DNA of 64,000 nucleotides from Candidatus Firestoneibacteriota bacterium (GTDB lineage: Bacteria > Oederibacteriota > D2-FULL-39-29 > CAIOVX01), in contig CAIOVX010000060.1 of the NCBI GenBank assembly GCA_903861835.1, positions 100,504 to 164,503 of the forward strand, read 5' to 3'. Below are positions 36,390 to 48,646 of this stretch, in pieces. Numbering within the stretch: position 1 is the first letter of the stretch; each line of letters begins with the position of its first letter. The translations under genes were made by a program, and so were the position numbers. Under the pieces are notes generated by a model, which saw nothing but the letters and a program-made list of their open reading frames with translations, did no database searches and had not been told where the DNA came from.

Positions 36390-36420
36390 AATCCCTCCGC
36401 GTTCCCGTAACCCACCTCGC

Positions 36421-36454
36421 GCACCTTACAAACCTTATACACTTTATAAACTTT
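36421..36454 (-). promoter_or_regulatory. Family C motif copy AAAAGTTTATAAAGTGTATAAGGTTTGTAAGGTG
   Basis: Overlaps the prfB stop and ends about 35 nt before the hemerythrin ATG. Confidence 0.4.
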
Positions 36455-37550
36455 TCTTGCCCCCCGCCTTCATTTTCAAATATGCCTCAATAAATCCGTC
36501 AATTTCTCCGTCCAGCACGCCCTGGGAGTTGCTCGTCTCGAATCCGGTACGCACGTCTTTTATCATCTGGTAGGGCTGGAGTACATAGGATCTGATCTGG
36601 CTGCCCCACTCTATGTCTTTTTTCTCGCCTCCGACCTTGCTCATCTTCTCATCCTGCTGCGCCTTGTAATATTCATAGAGGCGGGATTTTAGGACTTTCA
36701 TTGCTATAATTTTGTTCTTTAACTGAGACCTCTCGCTCTGGCAGGTTACCACGATGTTAGTCGCGTAGTGTGTCATCCTCACTGCCGAGTCTGTTCTGTT
36801 GATATGCTGCCCTCCGGCCCCTGAGGCCCGAAAGGTGTCAAGCCTGTAATCTTCTTCCTTCACTTCAATCTGCACGTCATCCACTTCAGGAGAGATGTCA
36901 ACAGAAGCAAAGGAGGTATGCCTTCTCTTATTGGCGTCAAACGGGGAAATACGCACCAGCCGGTGAACGCCTTTCTCGGATTTCAAATATCCGTACGCGT
37001 TCGGACCGGAGACAAGAAGCGTGGCATCTTTAACACCGGCTTCTTCGCCGGGCAGCAGGTCTATGGTCTCAACTGCGAAGCCCCTGCGTTCTATCCATCT
37101 TGAATACATGCGCAGAAGCATGGAGGCCCAGTCCTGGGATTCCGTGCCGCCGGCGCCGGGGTGAATGGATAAGAAGGCGTTATTGGCGTCATACTCGTCG
37201 GTAAAATAGACGTAAAGCTCCTGAGCTTCTATGTCTTTTTGGAGTTTAACGGCTTTAGCTTCAAGTTCTTTGAGGAAGGAATCGTCCTGTTCGAGAGCCA
37301 GCAGTTCAAGCCCCGCCTTTAGGTCTTCCCGGTCGGCGTTAAGTTTATTCCAGCCGTTTATGTCCCGGAGAAACTGTTCTCTTTTCTTAAGAAGCTTTCT
37401 TGCCTTCTCGTTGTCTCCCCAGAAATTATTACCTGCAGACTCTTCATCTATCTTTTTTATCTCTTCCTGTTTACCGTCGATGTCAAAGATGCCCCCGTAA
37501 CTCAAGAACTCTCTTTTCCAGCGCCGCGTATTCGTATTTAAGGTCTGACA

Positions 37551-37551
<1 letters not shown>
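36444..37551 (-). CDS. prfB: Peptide chain release factor 2 with a programmed +1 frameshift
   Basis: Frame-0 ATG 37551..37549 encodes MSDLKYEYAALEKRVLELRGHL, then CTT TGA C at 37488..37482 with CGGGGG SD-like upstream. The +1 frame continues DIDGKQEEIKK... through SPF and GGQHINRTDSAVR. Confidence 0.9.
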
Positions 37552-39259
<1,708 letters not shown>

Positions 39260-39436
39260 TCAGAACCTAAACAAATATAAGCACCAAATCACAAGCATCA
39301 AATAACAATCAAACTAAATCACCTAAGCCTAAATCACAAAGTCCAAGCACCAAATCCCATATAAAATAATAAAAATAAAATCGCAAAATACTTTTGAAAC
39401 ACTTTGTTTTTACTTTTTTATGTTTATTTGGTGCTT

Positions 39437-40303
39437 TTAACTTACTGCTGCTGCTCCGCCGACAAGATCGGCCAGCTCACGCGTAATGCTTCCCTGCCTT
39501 GCCTTATTGTAAACCAGGGTAAGGTCGCGTATCATATCCCTTGCATTCCTGTTCGCCTGTTCCATACTTGTCATGCGCAAACCCTGTTCTGAAGCGTTAG
39601 CCTCTACTAGCATCTCATAAACGCTGACCTTGATGTATTTTGGCAGCAGCACTTCCATGATTTTTTCCAGTTTCGGCTCATAGATATAGTCTGCCGCCTG
39701 TCTCTTCCCGTCTTTTAGTTTTAGCGGAAAAAGCTGTTCGGTCTTTATGGTTGCCTGGGCGACGTTTTTAAACTCGCTATACATAAGAGTTACTTCATTG
39801 TATGCCCCGCTTGTAAAAGAATAGGTAAGCCGCTCGGAAACCTGAACCGCCGATTCATAATTGAAATTCTGATAGAGATTCAGGAATGAATCCACGACAT
39901 TCCAATCTCTTCGAGACAGATAATCCTTTATCTTTTTGCCCACGGCGATTACATCAACATTATCTCTTCCCTTCTCATTAAGATACTTTACCGCCGCCCG
40001 CAGGACATTGCTGTTGTAACTCCCGCAGAGGCCCTTATCGGAACCCACCACCAGCAAGAGTTCTTTCTTTGCGTTCTTGTCCGCCTCAAAGAAGCTGTTT
40101 TCATAGGAGTCGCCTAAACTGCCCCCGACATCCGCCACCATATCCCTGATGCTCTTGGAATAAGGCCTTCCGGCCGAAACCATCTGAAAGGCCCGTTTAA
40201 AGCGAACGGAAGCAACCATCTTCATGGCTTTGGTGAGCTGCTCGGTGTCGCCGACGCTCCGTATGCGTTTTTTTATTTCACGGGGGTTCTTAACTTCAGG
40301 CAT
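39437..40303 (-). CDS. atpG: ATP synthase gamma subunit
   Basis: N-terminal IKKRIRSVGDTEQLTKAMKMVA and the C-terminal helix. ATG 40303. Confidence 0.85.
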   Translation of the reverse strand: MPEVKNPREIKKRIRSVGDTEQLTKAMKMVASVRFKRAFQMVSAGRPYSKSIRDMVADVGGSLGDSYENSFFEADKNAKKELLLVVGSDKGLCGSYNSNVLRAAVKYLNEKGRDNVDVIAVGKKIKDYLSRRDWNVVDSFLNLYQNFNYESAVQVSERLTYSFTSGAYNEVTLMYSEFKNVAQATIKTEQLFPLKLKDGKRQAADYIYEPKLEKIMEVLLPKYIKVSVYEMLVEANASEQGLRMTSMEQANRNARDMIRDLTLVYNKARQGSITRELADLVGGAAAVS

Positions 40304-40438
40304 TCCTATTCTCCCCCTCCCCTTCATGATAAGGGGAGGACCGGGGTGGGGTTGAAATCCCCCCGGGAAAAACATTCCAGCTATTCCTGTTTTATCCCCC
40401 TCCGGCTCCCCCTTATGTTGAAGGGGGAGTGAAAGAGG

Positions 40439-41989
40439 TTATTCCCACTCTATCGTCGCGGGCGGTTTACTGCTTATGTCATAGACAACACGATTTACGC
40501 CGCGAACTTCATTGATAATCCTGTTAGAGATGGAGTTCATAACTTCGTACGGTAGTTTTACCCAGTCTGCGGTCATGCCGTCCACGCTTTCTACAGCGCG
40601 CAGGGCCACTACATTCTCATAAGTTCTTTCGTCTCCCATTACCCCAACCGTCTTGATCGGAAGCAGTACCGCGAAAGATTGCCAGATGCTCCTGTAAAGA
40701 CCGGCCTTTTTAATTTCCTCGGTAACGATGGCGTCGGCCTCTTTAAGTATTCCCGTGTGCACTTTGTTAACTTCCCCGAGAATTCTAACCGCAAGCCCCG
40801 GACCAGGGAAGGGTTGGCGCCATAGGATATCCTCTGGTATTCCGAGTTCCTTGCCTACCAACCGGACTTCATCCTTAAAGAGCTCGCGGAGCGGCTCTAT
40901 CAGCTTGAATTTGATGTCCTTCGGGAGCCCGCCGACATTGTGATGCGATTTAATGGTCGCGGAAGGCCCTTTAACAGAAATGCTTTCAATCACATCCGGA
41001 TAGAGCGTGCCCTGGGCAAGAAATTCAATGCCGGAAAGTTTCTTCGCTTCTTCTTCGAAGACGCGTATAAACTCAGCACCTATTATCTTTCTTTTTTCTT
41101 CCGGGTTCGTTATACCCTTCAGTTTGTCGATGAACCTGTCTTCGGCGTCAACATAATGCAGATTCAGTTTATAAGTGTCGCGGAATGTATTAACAACTTT
41201 TTCCGGTTCGTTCTTTCTCAGCACACCGTTATTGACAAAAACGCAGTGCAGGTTCTCTCCTATGGCCCTGTGAATGAGAACCGCCGCTACGGAGGAATCA
41301 ACGCCGCCTGAAAGCGCGCAAATTACTTTCTTATCCCCTACCTGAGCCCGGATGGCGTTTATAGATTCTTCAACAAAAGATTTCATGGTCCAGTCGGCCT
41401 TGCAGCCGCAGATTTTGAAGAGAAAGTTTTTGATGAGTTCCTTGCCGGACTGCGTGTGAGCGACTTCCGGATGAAACTGGACGCCCCAGATATTTTTGAG
41501 TTTATGGCGGATCACCGCATTGGGGCAGGTAAGCGTGTAGCCGATGGCTTCAAATCCTTCGGGCGTCTTTGCCACCTGGTCTCCGTGGCTCATCCAGACA
41601 TTTAGCGTCGACCTCATATTCCACATAAGGTCTCCGAAATCCTTGACCATTAGTTTAGCCAGGCCGTACTCCCTCTTCTCTGCCTTAGAGACTTTTCCCC
41701 CCAGCAGGTAAGAGAAGAGCTGCATGCCGTAGCAGATGCCGAGCACCGGCACTCCGAGTTCCAGGATAGCCTTGTCCATAGTCGGGGCATTTTCCTGATA
41801 AACGCTCGCGGGACCTCCTGAAAGTATCACACCCCTCAAGCCCTTGAACTCACTTAGCTCTTTCGCCGTTACGGTGGGCGGGAGGATTTCGCAGTAAACG
41901 CTGTGCTCTCTGATGCGCCGCGCGATCAGCTGGTTGTACTGTGAACCAAAATCAAGAATGACTATTATCTCTTTGCCGTACTTTTCCAT
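40439..41989 (-). CDS. guaA: GMP synthase (glutamine-hydrolysing)
   Basis: GATase-I Cys/His plus ATP-PPase SGGVDS. Confidence 0.9.
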   Translation of the reverse strand: MEKYGKEIIVILDFGSQYNQLIARRIREHSVYCEILPPTVTAKELSEFKGLRGVILSGGPASVYQENAPTMDKAILELGVPVLGICYGMQLFSYLLGGKVSKAEKREYGLAKLMVKDFGDLMWNMRSTLNVWMSHGDQVAKTPEGFEAIGYTLTCPNAVIRHKLKNIWGVQFHPEVAHTQSGKELIKNFLFKICGCKADWTMKSFVEESINAIRAQVGDKKVICALSGGVDSSVAAVLIHRAIGENLHCVFVNNGVLRKNEPEKVVNTFRDTYKLNLHYVDAEDRFIDKLKGITNPEEKRKIIGAEFIRVFEEEAKKLSGIEFLAQGTLYPDVIESISVKGPSATIKSHHNVGGLPKDIKFKLIEPLRELFKDEVRLVGKELGIPEDILWRQPFPGPGLAVRILGEVNKVHTGILKEADAIVTEEIKKAGLYRSIWQSFAVLLPIKTVGVMGDERTYENVVALRAVESVDGMTADWVKLPYEVMNSISNRIINEVRGVNRVVYDISSKPPATIEWE

Positions 41990-42019
41990 GACAGCCCCTT
42001 AATACTCCATTATGAATAT

Positions 42020-43300
42020 CTATTTGTTAAGAACAGCGTAAAAATCCTGCCCTATCTTGTCCGAAAATACCTTCAACTCGGTCAGGGACAGCTCTTTAAA
42101 ACCGATCTCTTCTTTAACACAATGCAGCACAATCTTGCCGATGACATTATGCGCGGCCTTGAAACTTAAGCCTTTCTTGACAAGGTAGTTCGCGGCCTCG
42201 ACGGCATCCGAGAAATCATTCTGCATGGCGTAGGTGATATTTTCTTTATTGAATTTTACACCTGCCATCACGAGCGCGGTAATGTCCAGAGCTTCTTTTA
42301 CGGAATCCGCCGCGCTGAAGAGGTGTATCTTGTCCTCCTGCATATCGCTGTTATAGGCGAGCGGCAAGCCTTTCAGTATAGTCAGTATCCCTGCAAGATT
42401 CCCGTAAACCCGGCCGGTCTTCCCGCGGAGAAGTTCGAAGATATCAGGGTTTTTCTTCTGCGGCATAATGCTGGACCCTGTTGAGTATTCATCGGGTATC
42501 TCTACGTACTTAAATTCCTTGGTTGACCAGATAACCATCTCTTCCGCCAGCCGGCTCAGATGCATGAACACAATCGCCGAAGCAGCAATGAACTCCACCA
42601 CATGGTCGCGGTCAGAGACAGCGTCTATGGTGTTCTTTACAACAGAAGGAAAACCGAGTTGTTTCGCGACAAAAACACGGTCTATCGGAAGCGAGGTTCC
42701 GGCAAGGGCGCAAGCCCCGAGCGGCATAATATTCACGCGCTTAAAGCAATCTTTGAAGCGCTCCGCGTCCCGCGAAAGCATCGCAATATAGGCGCCTGTC
42801 CAAGCGGAGAGGCTCACCGGCTGGGCGTGCTGCATATGGGTAAAACCTGGCAGCGCCAGACCCTTATTTTCTTTCGCGATTTTAGCAAAAACAGAAATGA
42901 GCTCTTCTATCTCTGCCGTTATGCTGTTAATCTCGGCGCGCAGGTACATCCGCTCGTCAAGCGCGATCTGGTCGTTACGGCTCCGGGCAGTGTGCATCTT
43001 CTTACCCGCTTCGCCCGCCAACTTTATTACGCGCTTCTCAATGTCCGTATGAATGTCCTCGCAGGAAACATCAGAAACGAATTTCCCAGACTTTACGGAA
43101 GCCAGCACCTTCCACAAGGCTTTAATTATCTTCGAGGCATCAGCCTTAGGAATTATTTTTTGTTTACCGAGCATTTTGACATGGGCAATACTGCCGAGCA
43201 CATCATACTCGGCAAGCCGGTAATCAAAGAAGATGGAGCTTGTAAACTTCTCCGCCGCCTTCGACGGCTCTTTCTCAAAACGCCCGCCCCAGAGTTTCAT
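42020..43300 (-). CDS. argH: Argininosuccinate lyase
   Basis: MKLWGGRF N-terminus and the fumarate-lyase signature GSSIMPQKKNPD. Confidence 0.9.
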   Translation of the reverse strand: MKLWGGRFEKEPSKAAEKFTSSIFFDYRLAEYDVLGSIAHVKMLGKQKIIPKADASKIIKALWKVLASVKSGKFVSDVSCEDIHTDIEKRVIKLAGEAGKKMHTARSRNDQIALDERMYLRAEINSITAEIEELISVFAKIAKENKGLALPGFTHMQHAQPVSLSAWTGAYIAMLSRDAERFKDCFKRVNIMPLGACALAGTSLPIDRVFVAKQLGFPSVVKNTIDAVSDRDHVVEFIAASAIVFMHLSRLAEEMVIWSTKEFKYVEIPDEYSTGSSIMPQKKNPDIFELLRGKTGRVYGNLAGILTILKGLPLAYNSDMQEDKIHLFSAADSVKEALDITALVMAGVKFNKENITYAMQNDFSDAVEAANYLVKKGLSFKAAHNVIGKIVLHCVKEEIGFKELSLTELKVFSDKIGQDFYAVLNK

Positions 43301-43391
43301 TTGCGCTCCTCATTCTTAACGTGGTCATGCTGATTTTAAAATAAAATTACGCGGATTTTGATTGTTTCGTCCGCACAACTAAAGAGCAGTG

Positions 43392-44603
43392 CTATTTTCT
43401 TCCCTTATCCAGCATTGCTTTTATTTTAATCGGGAGGCCAAAGAGGTTAATGAAGCCCTCGGCATCCTTGTGGTCGTAATGCGAATCCTTCTTAAAATTC
43501 GCCACATTCCGGTCATAAAGAGAGTAGGGCGACTTTCTCCCCACCGCCATGCAGGAGCCTTTGTAAAGTTTCATTCTTACGGTTCCGGTCACCGTACGCT
43601 GGGTGAAATTGACAAACTCATCAAGCGCCTGACGAATATCCGTGTACCACTGGCCGTTGTAGACCAGCTCGGCATATTTTGGCGCGATTGTTTCTTTGTA
43701 ATGATACGCGTCGCGCTCCATCGTTAACAGTTCAAGGTCTTTATGCGCTGCCATAAGCACGGTTCCTGCCGGAGTTTCATAAACGCCGCGCGACTTCATC
43801 CCGACCAGGCGGTTCTCAACGATGTCAACACGTCCGACGCCGTTTCGCCCCGCGATTATGTTGAGCTTTTCTATAAGCTGCACCGACCCGTAACTTTTGC
43901 CGTTTATTTTCACCGGCTTTCCCTTCAGAAAATCAATTTCCACATACTCTGGCTTGTTTGGCGCCTTTTCAGGGCTCTTTGTCAGCAGATACATCTCTTC
44001 CGGAAGAGTGAACCACGGATCTTCCAATATCCCGCCCTCATAACTTATGTGCCAGAGGTTCCGGTCCATGCTATAAGGCTTTTTCTTGGTTACCGGAACG
44101 GGTATCCCTCTCGCAGCCGCATAATCCATGGCATCTTCGCGGGAAGCTATGTCCCACTCGCGCCAGGGGGCGATAATCTTGACTTCCGGCATAAGCGCTT
44201 TGAAGGTTAGCTCAAACCGCACCTGATCATTGCCCTTGCCGGTGGCTCCGTGGCAAACCGCATCGGCTTTCTCTTTCTTGGCTATATCCACTATCTTTTT
44301 CGCGATTACCGGACGCGCGAAGGAGGTGCCGAGTAAATAGCGCCCTTCATATACGGCGCCGGCCTTGAGCACCGGGAAAATGAAATCCTCCACAAACTCT
44401 TTTTTTGCGTCAATAATATAAATCTTGCTTGCCCCGGTCCTTATGGCTTTTTTGCGGAGAGGCGCAAGTTCCTCGCCTTGCCCGACATCAACCGCGCACG
44501 CAATCACTTCGCAGCCGTAATTCTCTTTCAGCCAGGGTATTATTATTGAAGTATCGAGTCCTCCTGAATAAGCAAGGACAACTTTCTTCGCCTTAAATTG
44601 CAT
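43392..44603 (-). CDS. argG: Argininosuccinate synthase
   Basis: [11 protein letters not shown]-loop motif. Confidence 0.9.
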   Translation of the reverse strand: MQFKAKKVVLAYSGGLDTSIIIPWLKENYGCEVIACAVDVGQGEELAPLRKKAIRTGASKIYIIDAKKEFVEDFIFPVLKAGAVYEGRYLLGTSFARPVIAKKIVDIAKKEKADAVCHGATGKGNDQVRFELTFKALMPEVKIIAPWREWDIASREDAMDYAAARGIPVPVTKKKPYSMDRNLWHISYEGGILEDPWFTLPEEMYLLTKSPEKAPNKPEYVEIDFLKGKPVKINGKSYGSVQLIEKLNIIAGRNGVGRVDIVENRLVGMKSRGVYETPAGTVLMAAHKDLELLTMERDAYHYKETIAPKYAELVYNGQWYTDIRQALDEFVNFTQRTVTGTVRMKLYKGSCMAVGRKSPYSLYDRNVANFKKDSHYDHKDAEGFINLFGLPIKIKAMLDKGRK

Positions 44604-45525
44604 CTTTTCCTCCCAGAAGGAAATAGAGTACCGCTTTCTGCACGTGCATGCGGTTCTCTGCCTGCTCGAAAACCACCGAGTTCTTGCTTTCCATAACCTC
44701 GTCCGTTATCTCATCGCCGCGGTGCGCAGGCAGGCAATGCATTATCAGATAATCTTTCTTTCCGGAGGCGGCAAGCAACTCTGTGTTGAGCTGGTAAGCT
44801 TTCAAATCTTTCTTCCTTTTTGCGGCCTCTGCTTCGGCTCCCATGCTGACCCAGACATCGGTATAGATAACATCCGCGTTCCGCACTGCCTCTTTCGGAT
44901 CCGAAGTAACTTCCAGCTGCGTGTTCGCGTTTAATTTTTTCGCGGTCTCAATAACTTCTTTCTTGGGCCGGTACCCTTCCGGCGAGGCTACGCTTAGGGG
45001 AATGCCCATCAGCGCGCAGATAAAGACCAGCGAGTTGGTCACATTATTGTCTCCGTCGCCGACATACGCGACCTTTATCCCGGAAAAGCCTTTTTTCTCG
45101 TAAATAGTATAAAGGTCCGCGAGCGCCTGGCAAGGGTGCTCGAAATCTGAGAGCGCATTTATCACGGGAACCGACGCGTTTGACGCCAGCTCAACAACCT
45201 TCCGGTGTTCAAAAGTCCGGATAGTTATAGCGTCAACATAACCGGAAAGTACCCTCGCGGTATCAGCGATGGTCTCTCCCCTGGAAAGCTGTATCTCCGT
45301 GGAATTCAAGACCACCGGCATACCGCCAAGCTGATAAATGGCGCATTCAAAAGAGACCCTGGTGCGGGTGGAAGGCTTCTCAAATATCATGGCAAGCGTC
45401 TTGCCTGAAAGCGGCTTGTCAGTCCGTTTCTTCTCTTTGAAGTCCGCAGTCACACGGAAGATCGCTTCAACCTCTTCCTTTGTGAGCCCGGCTATTCCCA
45501 ATAGATCCTTAGATTTAAGTTTCAT
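44593..45525 (-). CDS. argF: Ornithine carbamoyltransferase
   Basis: [16 protein letters not shown] and [10 protein letters not shown] motifs. The classical ornithine-binding SMG motif is present. Confidence 0.9.
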   Translation of the reverse strand: MKLKSKDLLGIAGLTKEEVEAIFRVTADFKEKKRTDKPLSGKTLAMIFEKPSTRTRVSFECAIYQLGGMPVVLNSTEIQLSRGETIADTARVLSGYVDAITIRTFEHRKVVELASNASVPVINALSDFEHPCQALADLYTIYEKKGFSGIKVAYVGDGDNNVTNSLVFICALMGIPLSVASPEGYRPKKEVIETAKKLNANTQLEVTSDPKEAVRNADVIYTDVWVSMGAEAEAAKRKKDLKAYQLNTELLAASGKKDYLIMHCLPAHRGDEITDEVMESKNSVVFEQAENRMHVQKAVLYFLLGGKDAI

Positions 45526-45674
45526 TAACTTCTCCCAAAAAAGATAAATTGCCTGTCAGGCTTTGCGCCGTAAGGCATAATGAGTTATTATTTTACCACA
45601 AAAGGCGGGATTATTTCATTCTTAATAGGCGGCAAAGAGCCGTTTTTCAAGCAAAAGAGGGGTTCTTAGCTCTA

Positions 45675-46862
45675 TTATTCTGAAAGTGTTTCGTCAAGAG
45701 CGCGAATCATAGAATCAATATGCTTCTTTGCTACTATGAAAGGCGGGAGGAAACGGAGGACCTTATCGTTCGTGCAGTTTATCAGGAAACCTTTGCGGAG
45801 CATTTTACTCACTGCCTCTTTGCCCGGCATTTCAAGTTCTATCCCGCAAATAAGACCGAGACCGCGGGCTTCCTTTATAATAGGATGTTTTTCCTTTAGC
45901 TTCTTCAATTCGGATAGCAGATAAGAACCCATCTCCGAAACGTTTTTTAAAAGATTCTTCCTCTCAATGGTTTCAAGTACCGCAAGCCCGGCTTCGCAGA
46001 CAATAGGGCCTCCGCCGAATGTGCTCCCGTGACTGCCGGGGACAAAAGCCGCTGCAACTTTCTCAGAGGCAGCCATAACACCCAGAGGAAGTCCTGCGCC
46101 TATAGTCTTTGCCAGCGTCAGTATGTCGGGAAGAATGTTTTCCTGCTGAAAGGCGAACATCTTCCCTGTTCTTCCCATGCCGACCTGCACTTCGTCGAGA
46201 ATAAGCAGCAGCTTTTTCTCATCGCAAAGAGCCCGCAGCTCTTTCAGATACCCGGCCGCGGGAACCAGCACGCCGCCTTCGCCCTGCACCGGCTCCACCA
46301 TAACAGCGCAGGTTTTTTCGTCTATCGCGTCCCTTACGGCTTTTATCTCGTTGTAATTAACATATTTAAAACCCGCAGGCAGGGGTTCATAGCCCTTATG
46401 AAATTTTTCGTGCGGGGTTGCCGTAAGCGTCGCCAGAGTTCTACCGTGAAAAGCGCCGCGCATGGTAATTATCTCAAACTTTTCAGGACCGAGGTTCTCC
46501 TTGGCATATTTTCTTGCAAGTTTAATAGCCGCTTCGTTCGCTTCTGCGCCGCTGTTGCAGAAAAAACTCTTGTTCAGTCCGGATAACTGCGCGAGTTTTT
46601 TTGCGAGCTTCACCTGTGGGATGGTGTAATACAGGTTTGAAGTGTGGGAGAGCTTTTTCGCCTGATTCTTGATAGCGTTCACCACGGCAGGATGGCAGTG
46701 CCCAAGAGCATTAACCGCGATACCTGAAAGGAAATCAAGGTACTGCTTCCCTTCATTATCCGTTACATACATCCCCTTGCCTTTTGTAATAAGGACCGGA
46801 AACCTGGCATAGGTCTGGAAGATGTATTTCTGCTCATCAAGGAAAATGTCTGTGTTTCTCAT
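45675..46862 (-). CDS. argD: Acetylornithine aminotransferase
   Basis: Class III aminotransferase. ATG 46862 with AGGAGA SD. The ORF track starts at 46883. Confidence 0.85.
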   Translation of the reverse strand: MRNTDIFLDEQKYIFQTYARFPVLITKGKGMYVTDNEGKQYLDFLSGIAVNALGHCHPAVVNAIKNQAKKLSHTSNLYYTIPQVKLAKKLAQLSGLNKSFFCNSGAEANEAAIKLARKYAKENLGPEKFEIITMRGAFHGRTLATLTATPHEKFHKGYEPLPAGFKYVNYNEIKAVRDAIDEKTCAVMVEPVQGEGGVLVPAAGYLKELRALCDEKKLLLILDEVQVGMGRTGKMFAFQQENILPDILTLAKTIGAGLPLGVMAASEKVAAAFVPGSHGSTFGGGPIVCEAGLAVLETIERKNLLKNVSEMGSYLLSELKKLKEKHPIIKEARGLGLICGIELEMPGKEAVSKMLRKGFLINCTNDKVLRFLPPFIVAKKHIDSMIRALDETLSE

Positions 46863-46882
46863 GGAGGTCTCCTGGCAGAACA

Positions 46883-46985
46883 AAGCACTAAATACTAAAT
46901 TCTAAATACTAAACAAGGCAAAGTGAAAAACGCCGGCAACAGCAAGAAAGATTGTTTTGTCGCTTTTGTTTAGAATTTAGTGCTT
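46883..46985. repeat. Family B heptamer array (CACTAAA-TACTAAA-TTCTAAA-TACTAAA) forming the 5' arm of an about 100 bp hairpin with 46967..46985
   Basis: TTGTTTAGAATTTAGTGCTT is the reverse complement of the heptamer arm. Located 20-120 nt upstream of the argD ATG. Confidence 0.45.
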
Positions 46986-47014
46986 AGCATTTTTTTGGTT
47001 TTCTTTTTTACGGC

Positions 47015-47800
47015 TTAGAGCCTTGCCGCCAGATGTTTCTTCATCCACTTGGCGGTGTAATCTATAACCTCCGGCTCGGTTCCACTTTCTCCGTAGGTAT
47101 GCCCGCCGCCTTTAATTTTTCTCAATTCCCTTATTTCTGACCCTGAGGTCTTGTAGTAAAGTTCAGCGTCGGAGAAAGGCACAGCTTTATCATTATCGCT
47201 ATGAACAATCAGGAGTGGTTCCCTGAATTCGTTAATTGAAATGAGATTTAACCCGTCGTACCAGATCCCCGCCTTAAAGAATCCTTTGCCGACGGACACA
47301 CCGCCGACATCTTTTACTTTTATATTCTTTGCCCTGAAGTTTACCTTCAGGTTTTTGCCGAATACTTTTTTGTACTGCCCGACTGCGCTCCACAAAGCAA
47401 CCGCCTTTATCCCCGGTACATTGCCGGACAGATAAGCCGCTACGAAGCCGCCCATAGACAACCCTATGAGCCCCACTTTTTTCGCCTCAATATTCTTCTG
47501 TTTTCTTATGAACTTAACCGCCTCTTTCGCGTCGCTTATCTCAGTTCCGACAGTCATGCGTTCAAACGCGCCTTCGGAATCCCCTGAACCGCGGCAATCA
47601 AAACGGAAAGCCGCTATGCCTTTCTCTGCCAGTTTTCTTGCGGTCTTAGTAAAGAGAAAATGGTCTTCCGCCTTATGCCCCGTGAACCCGTGGCACATTA
47701 CCACGCAGGGATATTTCGTGGACGCGGAAGGCAGGTGAAGCACGCCAAATAGTTTTTCGCCTTTGTTTGTGAATTGAAGGGGCAGTTCTATTTTTTTCAT
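47015..47800 (-). CDS. Alpha/beta hydrolase (COG1073/FrsA-like esterase family) embedded in the arg operon
   Basis: GLSMGG nucleophile elbow, HSDNDKAVPF Asp and GGGHTY His. ATGA overlap with the argB stop. Confidence 0.75.
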   Translation of the reverse strand: MKKIELPLQFTNKGEKLFGVLHLPSASTKYPCVVMCHGFTGHKAEDHFLFTKTARKLAEKGIAAFRFDCRGSGDSEGAFERMTVGTEISDAKEAVKFIRKQKNIEAKKVGLIGLSMGGFVAAYLSGNVPGIKAVALWSAVGQYKKVFGKNLKVNFRAKNIKVKDVGGVSVGKGFFKAGIWYDGLNLISINEFREPLLIVHSDNDKAVPFSDAELYYKTSGSEIRELRKIKGGGHTYGESGTEPEVIDYTAKWMKKHLAARL

Positions 47801-48630
47801 TTTATGATCTCCGTGCCAATACCGGTTTTGGTAAATATTTCAAGAAGCAACGAGTGTTTTACCGTTCCGTTAATAATATGCGCTTTCTTCACGCCGCCTG
47901 CTATTGCGGTCATGCAGGAATGCACCTTGGGAATCATGCCCCCGGTAATAACTTCATCTTTTATCATCTGTTTTGTTTTTTTCATGCTGATGGAATGAAC
48001 CAAAGCCTTCTTATGAATTACTCCGGAGACATCAGTGATGAGAATAAGCTTTTCAGCATTGACGGCAACCGCGAGAGAGGCCGCAGCGTCATCCGCGTTT
48101 ATGTTGTAGGAATTACCGTCCCTCCCGATCCCGATCGGCGCAATGACAGGGATAGAATCGCGGTGTTTTTCAAGCTCTCCCGCATTAACCTTTACTATTT
48201 TTCCCACAAACCCGAGAGCCGCGTCGAGCATTTCAGTCACAAGCAGCCTTCCGTCCTTTCCGGAAAGCCCCTTAGCCTTACCGCCGTGAATATTGAACAT
48301 GCGCACTATCTCTTTGTTAGTCTTTCCCGCCAGGACCGCTTCTACTATCTCCATTGTCGCTTTATCGGTCACGCGCCTCCCGTTCACAAACTTTGCCTTT
48401 AGCCCGGCCTTTTCCATCGCGGCAGTAATCTCCGGCCCGCCGCCATGCACAACCACCGGATTTATGCCGATATACTTCATCAACACAATATCTTGAACAA
48501 CGGAGTTCTTCAGCGCCTTATCTATCATCGCTTTTCCGCCGTACTTAATCACAAAGGTTTTGCCTGAGAATTCCCGCATATAGGGCAGGGCCTCTATGAG
48601 AACACCTGCTTTCTTTATTATTTCTTCCAT
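47797..48630 (-). CDS. argB: Acetylglutamate kinase
   Basis: AAK-family motifs including KYGG. Confidence 0.9.
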   Translation of the reverse strand: MEEIIKKAGVLIEALPYMREFSGKTFVIKYGGKAMIDKALKNSVVQDIVLMKYIGINPVVVHGGGPEITAAMEKAGLKAKFVNGRRVTDKATMEIVEAVLAGKTNKEIVRMFNIHGGKAKGLSGKDGRLLVTEMLDAALGFVGKIVKVNAGELEKHRDSIPVIAPIGIGRDGNSYNINADDAAASLAVAVNAEKLILITDVSGVIHKKALVHSISMKKTKQMIKDEVITGGMIPKVHSCMTAIAGGVKKAHIINGTVKHSLLLEIFTKTGIGTEIIK

Positions 48631-48646
48631 ACCGCCTCCGTTTGTT

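Noticed and set aside
45526-45674. Possible ARG box or ArgR operator upstream of argF (TGAAATAATCC)
   Set aside because: Only one weak half-site-like match. I could not build a convincing 18-bp palindrome. An internal promoter-like TGGTAAAAT extended -10 is plausible but unsupported.
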